Below, piece by piece: positions 57,801 to 64,000 of a DNA stretch of 64,000 nt (position 1 is its first letter; each line of letters starts with the position of its first letter). Where the stretch lies: NCBI GenBank assembly GCA_963665095.1, contig OY762069.1:192001-256000 (forward strand), given 5' to 3'. Both the position numbers and the translations under genes were made by a program. Origin of the DNA: an uncultured Desulfobacter sp. (GTDB lineage Bacteria > Desulfobacterota > Desulfobacteria > Desulfobacterales > Desulfobacteraceae). The notes under the pieces were generated by a model. That model ran no database searches. It was given only the letters and a program-made list of their open reading frames with translations, and was not told the origin of the DNA.

Positions 57801-58535
57801 GAGGCCTGCTACAGGATATTCGGCGATAAGCCCGGCGATTACGGCACAGGTGTCGGTGAAGCCATTGAGTCTAAAAACTGGAAGGATCGGACAGATCTCG
57901 GGAATATATACATCACCTGGGGCGGTTACGTGTACAGCCGGGAAAACTTCGGGATGACCGCCCCTGAACTGTTCAAACGGCGGCTGGCCCGGATTGACGC
58001 CACCACGAAAAACATGGACACCCGGGAATATGACGCCCTGCAGATAGACGACACCTATGGATATCATGCCGGCATGGACCTGGCCGTCAAGACTGTCAGG
58101 GGAAAAGCGCCCCGCTCCTATTACGGTGACAGCAGTGACCCTGACAGGGTAAAAATCAGAAGCACGGCAGAGGAGATCAAATACTGCTTCAGGGCGCGTC
58201 TGGTGAACCCCAAATGGATTCAGGGCCTTCAAAAGCACGGCTATCATGGCGCAGCAGAGTTTTCCCGGCAGATGGATTATGTTTTCGGCTGGGATGCGGT
58301 AGCAGATGTCATTGAAGACTGGATGTATGAAACCCTTGCCGAAAAATTCGTTTTGGATCCGGCCATGCAAACATGGCTGAACGACGTCAATCCATATGCA
58401 TTGCAGAACATGACAGAGCGTCTTTTGGAAGCCATCGGGCGCGACCTGTGGCAGGCGTCTGAAGAGATGAAGGACAAATTGCAGGCACTTTACCTTGATA
58501 TGGAGGCGAAACTGGAGGAGGCCGGCGAAAAATGA
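54810..58535 (+). CDS. cobN: CobN/BchH-type chelatase large subunit 3
   Basis: MPEFDG, HNYPPRND, HFGTHGTLEWLPGK, GLHVLG, LPTGRNFY and NPKWI; TTG start. Confidence 0.92.
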   Translation: MKVAFIAFHHEVSSALAAARSIHEETGETLEVLALTPEKFQETSHLDQFLEFTRDAALVIMHLMGGKSVLKDPDIILSSLKNQNVPVFAAGVPADAELANDSTVDEKEYQTIAAYINNGGPENIKNLLLFAANRFAGKSVTVNPPIKFPLEGIYHPKLGYVKNLAHYMEKKYLPERPTIGILCGPNPTRNTGEHYIDSLINELEHQGANAYSVFLSGTDPQGKNLRWVVENYFMKDGIPVVDTVISPHGHSIAAYLPSESVTDLFKSLGVPLLKAIATSNTLEQWQDSLLGLGFSEVSWNVAMPEFDGFIITVPVAAKQISGTDPASGIEKETLKPIPERIDKLARLSLKWAKLKYIPNPERKIAVIFHNYPPRNDNIGCAAGLDSAVSAVNLLEKMQARGYQLDFIPENGQDLMDTIINGLTNDQRWLSIEDLADRSVDKIPAARYAEWLDEVPDDARNKMKTHWGKPPGENFNYKDALLVPGLVNGNVFIGLQPPRACESDAADIYHNPEVPIPYHYHGYYRWIRDVFKADAVIHFGTHGTLEWLPGKSVGLSGSCFPDVGICDLPNIYPYIIHNPGEGTGAKRRIYACLVDYLPPVMHNADTYEDLESLDVQLKEYYRAKSTDPGKIEIQKKLIWETIARANLDKDFNVTREEVFNEFDQFLERLHGYLNELSDTHIQDGLHVLGEPPAGTPLVEFLVALTRLKNGKVPSLRQSIAQLKGYDYDALLANRGRLRPDNRTNGDVISELNFLCLELMEKFHAAGFKTDAIDDLMSKVLNGPDPWVRDCLTWISDFLVPALEATTDELTHTLDACAGRHVPPGPSGAPTRGTADILPTGRNFYSVDPRCIPSPAAWKVGVDLGDTLLARYVAEEGRYPESIGTVLWATDTMRTNGDCVAESLYLMGIRPVWEGSSGRVLRLEPIPLKELKRPRIDVTMRISGLFRDNFPNIVHLIDEAVEMVAALKEVPDMNYIMKHVEQEVADRTACGVDAGTARKEACYRIFGDKPGDYGTGVGEAIESKNWKDRTDLGNIYITWGGYVYSRENFGMTAPELFKRRLARIDATTKNMDTREYDALQIDDTYGYHAGMDLAVKTVRGKAPRSYYGDSSDPDRVKIRSTAEEIKYCFRARLVNPKWIQGLQKHGYHGAAEFSRQMDYVFGWDAVADVIEDWMYETLAEKFVLDPAMQTWLNDVNPYALQNMTERLLEAIGRDLWQASEEMKDKLQALYLDMEAKLEEAGEK

Positions 58536-60277
58536 GGCTGACAAGCCGGATGGGTGCCCTGGTAACGGGGTTTGTGGTTTGGGCGGGGATTCTTTTTTCT
58601 GCAATGGCCGGGGAGGAGTCCGCCACGGTGATCACCCGGGAAAATATCAGGCAGATGAATGTCGGCAGTATCCAGGATGTACTGAACCAGGTGCCCGGAA
58701 TCTCAGCCACGGACAGCTATATCTCCATCAGGGGGTCCTACAAGGTAAAGGTCTTTTTAGACGGCAACAGCATCAATGATCCCACCTCCACCAGTGGTGC
58801 CATCAAATGGGGAACCGTCTCCTTAAACCAGGTGGACCGTATTGAAATCCTGCGGGGAGGGGGTGCATCTTCCTTTGGCAGCAATGCCAGCGGCGGTGTG
58901 GTTCTGATCCAGACCCGGCCCCCGGAACAGGGCCAGAAAAACACGCAGGCCATGGTTGAAGCCTGGGCCGGCAACCTTTCAACCGTCCACGGATATGCCA
59001 GCCTGGACCAGATGGTAGACCGGGGCCCGGGGGTATTCGGTATCCGGGCCGCAGCCGGCGTTGACATCTCGGACGGCTATCTGGTCAACAATGACAAGGA
59101 CAAGCGGCATGTCGAGGTCAAACTCTCCTACAGGCCCCGGGCCGATTCATGTGTCAAAATGGCCGATATCATCATTTCCCGGCTGGAAGAAGAAAAAGGA
59201 TATCCTGGAACCATTGACTATCCCACCCCAAATGCCAGGCACTGGTACGACCTGACCACGGTTGTCTCCAATGCCGCATTCAAGGGATTTAAAAACAAGT
59301 TCACCTATCGCCAGGCAGACAAGGAGGATAAAAATCCGGATTATAACCTTGAAACCTTCCTCAACGTTACAAATACAATTGATGAGCTCACCCACGAACC
59401 GGTTTCCCTTGGTCCGGGGCAACTGAGTGCAGGACTGGGCCTGCAGCGGGATGAGGCTGAAGCCTCATCATTTTCCGACCAGAGCGAGGATCAGTACTGG
59501 TTTTTTGCAACCTATGCCGGCCAGATCAAGACCCTGAATTATACTTTGGGGACACGGGCCTCAAATCATACCGAGTTTGGCACCAGCATCAGCCCCGAGA
59601 TCAAACTCGCCTGGTCCCAGGGGTCTTGGTCCTGGATTTCCAGGGCCGGCCTGGCACACAACACCCCCTCTTTCTATCAACGGTACAACGAGAGCAGTTC
59701 AACAGCCCCCAATCCCGATCTGGACAAGGAAATCGCCCGAAATCTGTCTACGGAAATATCCTATACCTTCAATGCCAGGCTGTCAGCCACCCTGTCCCCC
59801 TACTACAACCGGATTGAAGACAGGATCACCTATATCAGGGACAACACGGCCAAGGGACAGTACCAGAACATAGGAAAGGTCACCTATGCGGGTGTGGATC
59901 TCTCTTTCAGGACGGATCTGCTGGATAACCTGACACTTAACGGGGCCTGGTCCTATCTGGAAGCCAAAAACGAGGAAACCGGCAAATACCTGACCGGGGC
60001 CTCCAGACATCGGATAAAATCCGACCTGAATTATAAACCCCTTTCCGATCTAACCCTGAGGCTGACCGGGAAATATACCGGAAGCGCCTATTGCGTTTCG
60101 GACAACTCCGAAAGTGTGGGTGGTTTTACCGTATGGGATTTCCGTGCCGAATACCGGGTCAAATCGGTTCTATGGTTTGTTGATATCAAAAACATTTTTG
60201 ACAACCGATATATGTACTCTGAAAAAATATGGGGCAGCCCCAGGACCTTTTACGCAGGACTAAGGTGGCAGCTATGA
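58532..60277 (+). CDS. TonB-dependent receptor
   Basis: Signal peptide, QVPGI, ISIRG, DRIEILRG, NPDLDKE, IKNIFD and C-terminal PRTFYAGLRWQL. Confidence 0.88.
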   Translation: MRLTSRMGALVTGFVVWAGILFSAMAGEESATVITRENIRQMNVGSIQDVLNQVPGISATDSYISIRGSYKVKVFLDGNSINDPTSTSGAIKWGTVSLNQVDRIEILRGGGASSFGSNASGGVVLIQTRPPEQGQKNTQAMVEAWAGNLSTVHGYASLDQMVDRGPGVFGIRAAAGVDISDGYLVNNDKDKRHVEVKLSYRPRADSCVKMADIIISRLEEEKGYPGTIDYPTPNARHWYDLTTVVSNAAFKGFKNKFTYRQADKEDKNPDYNLETFLNVTNTIDELTHEPVSLGPGQLSAGLGLQRDEAEASSFSDQSEDQYWFFATYAGQIKTLNYTLGTRASNHTEFGTSISPEIKLAWSQGSWSWISRAGLAHNTPSFYQRYNESSSTAPNPDLDKEIARNLSTEISYTFNARLSATLSPYYNRIEDRITYIRDNTAKGQYQNIGKVTYAGVDLSFRTDLLDNLTLNGAWSYLEAKNEETGKYLTGASRHRIKSDLNYKPLSDLTLRLTGKYTGSAYCVSDNSESVGGFTVWDFRAEYRVKSVLWFVDIKNIFDNRYMYSEKIWGSPRTFYAGLRWQL

Positions 60278-60294
60278 CCAAAGGAGATAAAATC

Positions 60295-61464
60295 ATGCAT
60301 ATCCATACATTTTACAAGGAAGTTGAACTCTATCGGAACGATAAAATCCTCTATGCCAGATTTCTTGTCCCCCACCGGGTGATTTCCACCTGCCAGGTGG
60401 CCGGCGGGATCCGGGAAGACATGGATATCCTGTATAATCACCAGTCCTGCGAACCCTCAGGCCATCATTCCATCACCTCGGATATTATGGCGATGGACCG
60501 GTCCCGTTACCGGGAGTACATCTGTGAACAATACGGTCTTGACCCTGAGAAATGCGCCACCCTGGGGACTGCCGCCAATATGCGCAATGCCGCCGTAAAG
60601 CAGGCACGCTTCAGGGATCTCACCGTAGCAGCCGTGTGCACCGGCGGTGTGGAGGGGAATGCCGGCCGGGCCGGCGATCCCGCGTCCCATTTTGAACATG
60701 ACGGCAAATTTGAAAAGCTTCCGGAAAAACAGCCCAAACCCGTGGGCACCATCAATACCATGATTTTTATCAACAAGGAACTCATCCCCGGGGCCCTGGC
60801 CCGGGCCATTATGATGGCCACTGAAGCGAAAACAGCTGTGCTTCAGGAGCTTCTTGTTCCGTCATTGTATTCGGACGGCCATGCCACCGGCACCGGCACC
60901 GACCAGATCGGCGTGGCCTGCCGCATGGATACAGGCAAACCCCTTACCAGTGCGGGAAAACACGGCAAGCTGGGGGAGCTTATCGGGCTGACGGTCCACG
61001 ATGCCATCAAGGAAACCCTGGCCCAGCAGAACGGCCTTTTCCCCGGAACCCGGCGATCCGTGGCCGTGCTCCTGGCGCGGCTGGGCATGACGGAGCAGGA
61101 TATCCGGGACCAGGTTTCAAGCCACCTTGTTCCGGAGGATGCCGAGCTCTGGCCCAAGGTCGAGGGCGTTGTTCTCGGTGACGCCCTGGTGGTCGCCGCC
61201 GTGGCCGCCCTGGTCCATATCAGGGACCAGATGGTGTGGGAGATTATCCCTGACAACTGCCTGCCTGAAATCCTGGCCTCCTACGGGGCCCAGATTGCCG
61301 CTGCCGTATCCTGCAAGCATAAAAAAATTTTGGAGTACCGCTCCCGTGCTGATTCCCAGGGCCATAGCCTTGAAAATAGCGTATTTACCGGGTTTATCTG
61401 CCGGATGCTGGCGTTAGGGTTCTCAGACAAGTGGCAAGAGAGGGTGACCCCGGAGGGGGATTGA
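60295..61464 (+). CDS. cbiZ: Adenosylcobinamide amidohydrolase family protein
   Basis: TGGVEGNA, GTINT, TEAKT, ATGTGTD and GKHGKLGELIG; AAGGAG RBS before ATG 60295. Confidence 0.88.
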   Translation: MHIHTFYKEVELYRNDKILYARFLVPHRVISTCQVAGGIREDMDILYNHQSCEPSGHHSITSDIMAMDRSRYREYICEQYGLDPEKCATLGTAANMRNAAVKQARFRDLTVAAVCTGGVEGNAGRAGDPASHFEHDGKFEKLPEKQPKPVGTINTMIFINKELIPGALARAIMMATEAKTAVLQELLVPSLYSDGHATGTGTDQIGVACRMDTGKPLTSAGKHGKLGELIGLTVHDAIKETLAQQNGLFPGTRRSVAVLLARLGMTEQDIRDQVSSHLVPEDAELWPKVEGVVLGDALVVAAVAALVHIRDQMVWEIIPDNCLPEILASYGAQIAAAVSCKHKKILEYRSRADSQGHSLENSVFTGFICRMLALGFSDKWQERVTPEGD

Positions 61465-61470
61465 TCCGGA

Positions 61471-62640
61471 TCATTCCGCCGGCATCGGGGTAAAAAAACC
61501 AAGCCTGTGATCCGGGAACAGCTCCGGGTGGATGATGGCGGCAATATCTTCAACAATTTCGTCCATGTGGTCCATGGATTCCCAGTACCAGGGCTGAGTG
61601 ACCCATATTTTTTGGGTCCGGACCGGTTTGATATCCAGGTCTATTTTCGCCACCGCCGTTAACTCGCGGATGGTCCTGGGGCCATGCCCGGCCGAACTCT
61701 CCGTAATATACAGGTCCGCATTTTTTGCCCCGGCATAAAACGCCTCCATGGTAATGGTGCCGTATCCGGCCATGAAACTGATCGGCGTCAGGTCTTTGAA
61801 TACATACTCTCCGCCGCCCATGGCATACATACGGGCCATCAAGGAATCTGCCAAGGGCACATGTACCTTTCCCATGTGAACCACCCCGCCCAATACTTTA
61901 GGCTTATGGCTGGCCTGCTTTGCCCGGGCTTCTATGGCCGCAATCCTCTGTTCCGCTCTGTCAAAAAAGCGGGCCGCCTCTTTCTCCTTATCATAAAAAG
62001 CCGCCACAAACCGGACCCATTCCAATTGGGCCAGGGGATGGTTTTCCCGGAAATAATCCACCACAGCAACAGGTATCTTCATCGCATCCAGCATGGGGAT
62101 CAGGCGCTGATTCCAGTCCCGTCCGAAGACAATGTCGGGTGCCAGCGCCTTGAGCCGTTCATAATCCACGGGATTCCCGTTGCCCAGATGAATAATTTTT
62201 CCGGAAGCCACCCCCTTTTGAATCGTGTCGAAATTGGTAGCAGTCATGCCCATGCCGCCCAGGCAGATTCCCGCAATGGAGTCCAGGGCCCGGATGGGCC
62301 TTAACAAAGCGGCATTGACCGTATTGTTCAATGCCACCCGCCGGACAGGGATTTCAACGGCCCGGGTCTTGTCAAACCCCTTCAGCAAAGGCTTCCCCCT
62401 GGGACATAAAAGCAGCCTGCGTTCCATCCCGTCTGTAACAATTTTATATCCGTCATCCAGGTATTCAATATTAAAATGGGAGGCATGACGATTTTTAAAG
62501 GATGGCTCTTCTCCAAATGCACAGGGGGTGATCAGGGTTACGCCAAGCCATAAAACCGCGGCAAGTGCTGCGAGGCACTTCTTATTACTTTTGAAACCGG
62601 AACAAAGGCGTTTATTGGGAAGTGTAAGCGTGTCAGTCAT
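61471..62640 (-). CDS. Cobalamin/iron-type ABC substrate-binding protein, paralog of 35959-37104
   Basis: IPVRRVA, DYERLKALAPD, E.HPLAQLEW and DIAAIIHPELF. Confidence 0.85.
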   Translation of the reverse strand: MTDTLTLPNKRLCSGFKSNKKCLAALAAVLWLGVTLITPCAFGEEPSFKNRHASHFNIEYLDDGYKIVTDGMERRLLLCPRGKPLLKGFDKTRAVEIPVRRVALNNTVNAALLRPIRALDSIAGICLGGMGMTATNFDTIQKGVASGKIIHLGNGNPVDYERLKALAPDIVFGRDWNQRLIPMLDAMKIPVAVVDYFRENHPLAQLEWVRFVAAFYDKEKEAARFFDRAEQRIAAIEARAKQASHKPKVLGGVVHMGKVHVPLADSLMARMYAMGGGEYVFKDLTPISFMAGYGTITMEAFYAGAKNADLYITESSAGHGPRTIRELTAVAKIDLDIKPVRTQKIWVTQPWYWESMDHMDEIVEDIAAIIHPELFPDHRLGFFTPMPAE

Positions 62641-63994
62641 GGTCGGGCCTCACTGAATAAGGGTAGTGATTCGTCAATCTGCAGTTGAGAATGGCATCGA
62701 TAAAGGTCAGGGCGCCCGCAAATCCCAGATTCGGCCTGTGGACCAGGTTGGTCCGGTTAAAGCCTGGCATGCTGGTCTGGATAAAAAACTTGGGGGAGAA
62801 ATCTGCACGGGAAAGCAGATACTCTTCAAAGGCGGACCCAAAGGTGATCTCCGGCCGCTCATCTTCCAGGGCGGCCAGTGTCCGGCTGCCGTCCGGGTTG
62901 ATCAGAATCCTGGCCTCATGCCCGGCACAGTTTTCCAGCATCTCCATGTCCCTGTCGGACACGGTTTCCCGCCCGCAAATTCCAAGAACTGCCGGCCAGC
63001 AGCCAAGATAATGCCTTAAAAAGCTTGTCAGCCCGGCCACAAAGGCCAGTTCGCCAAACACAGCCACCGGCATCCCGCGCATCCTTTCAGCCCGGGTAGA
63101 GTTGCTCAACGCCAGAAATCCTTCCCTGCGGCAGTGTTTCTCTTCCATGTCCAGAGCCGGGGGGTGTTCCAGTCCGAAAAATGCCAGAACCCCGTCCATC
63201 ATCTGCCTTGCAGGGTCAAAACCGATGGGCATCTTATCTGCGGTGACATAAGCAAGACCGAAATGGGATTTCATGTACCGGGCAATGTCAAGGCCGTACT
63301 CAGGATTCACCACCACATTCAGACTCGCCCGGCTCAGGTTCCGGACCTCATCCAGGGGGGACCCGGCACCGAGAACCGTGTTCACCTCAATACCGGCCAT
63401 CCCCATCAGCCGCCGGATCTCCCTTAGATCATGTTTCCAGCTGTACTGGCTGATGTGCAGACCCAGGATGTTGACACAAGGGTTTGGCGCCTTTTCTGCG
63501 GCGCGGATCTGCTTTTGGACGAGGCAAAGCATTGCCTCTGAATAGCCCCGGGCATTGCTCCTGGCACATCCGGTGGATTCCAGGTAGAGGATCCGTTCTG
63601 ACAGGGCATGGTCCCTGAGGATATTTTCCACATCTTCCCCGATCAGGCCAAGACTGCAGGAGTTGACAATGGTGATGCAGGCGGGGCTGCATTTTTTGTC
63701 CAGCAGGTCCACGGCTTCAATCACTTTGTCCCCGATACCCAGAATCACATCGGTATCGTTAATTTCAGTACAGGGAACCCGTGGATGCCCATGGTCGGCC
63801 AGACGGTTGAACCGTATTGATCCCCGCTGGTCCAGGGGATGGCAGTCATTGATCATACCCTGGGCAAAACCGGTGCAGGAACTGGGGCCGTTGACAAGGA
63901 CCGCCACCCCTTCAACACCGCAAAGGGCAGCCAGTGCCCCGCCCAGAGAACAGGGCAGCCCATGGTTCAGCTGATATTCATGCAAGTCGTTCAA
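62633..63994 (-). CDS. Nitrogenase component 1-like protein (NflD/CfbD-like, three Cys); operon likely continues beyond the window
   Basis: PCSLGG, GPSSCTGF, CTEINDTDVILG, NSCSLGLIGED, DLREIRRL, PIGF and PNLGFAG. Confidence 0.85.
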   Translation of the reverse strand: MNDLHEYQLNHGLPCSLGGALAALCGVEGVAVLVNGPSSCTGFAQGMINDCHPLDQRGSIRFNRLADHGHPRVPCTEINDTDVILGIGDKVIEAVDLLDKKCSPACITIVNSCSLGLIGEDVENILRDHALSERILYLESTGCARSNARGYSEAMLCLVQKQIRAAEKAPNPCVNILGLHISQYSWKHDLREIRRLMGMAGIEVNTVLGAGSPLDEVRNLSRASLNVVVNPEYGLDIARYMKSHFGLAYVTADKMPIGFDPARQMMDGVLAFFGLEHPPALDMEEKHCRREGFLALSNSTRAERMRGMPVAVFGELAFVAGLTSFLRHYLGCWPAVLGICGRETVSDRDMEMLENCAGHEARILINPDGSRTLAALEDERPEITFGSAFEEYLLSRADFSPKFFIQTSMPGFNRTNLVHRPNLGFAGALTFIDAILNCRLTNHYPYSVRPDHD

Positions 63995-64000
63995 GGGACT

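Noticed and set aside
1..64000. tRNA/rRNA genes, prophage, integrase or anti-phage defence systems
   Set aside because: None were recognised by eye; covariance and HMM searches were not run.

Overview
Chromosomal segment of an anaerobic, probably Desulfobacterales-like deltaproteobacterium (taxonomy inferred from gene content). The left and middle parts hold ordinary energy, signalling and short-chain acyl-CoA genes. These include a GltD-like flavoprotein with an [FeFe]-hydrogenase, an HDOD protein, a class I adenylate cyclase, a pseudo-receiver/TPR protein, propionyl/acetyl-CoA synthetase, pta, a TRAP transporter with an acyl-CoA ligase, USP, YchJ and an ADP-forming acyl-CoA synthetase. There is also a deleted IS66 derivative, a broken liv operon and two copies of a palindromic MITE-like repeat. 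The most striking content is a set of tetrapyrrole/corrinoid-handling loci. (1) A cobalamin-riboswitch operon (11560-20060, minus) joins a TonB receptor and a BtuFCD-type importer to a complete three-gene nitrogenase-like reductase with a DPOR/COR-like cysteine pattern. (2) A ~27-kb, 16-gene cobalamin-riboswitch operon (34045-61464, plus) carries a divergent CcsA/ResB pair, an importer, a radical SAM/SPASM enzyme, three CobN-type chelatase large subunits, ChlD and ChlI, a His-tailed ABC-2 exporter, a two-domain nitrilase-family protein, a TonB receptor and CbiZ. (3) The distal end of another nitrogenase-like plus binding-protein operon enters from the right edge. Together these suggest an uncharacterised B12-regulated tetrapyrrole scavenging/remodelling system. 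That function is inference. All calls come from motif recognition only; no searches were run.
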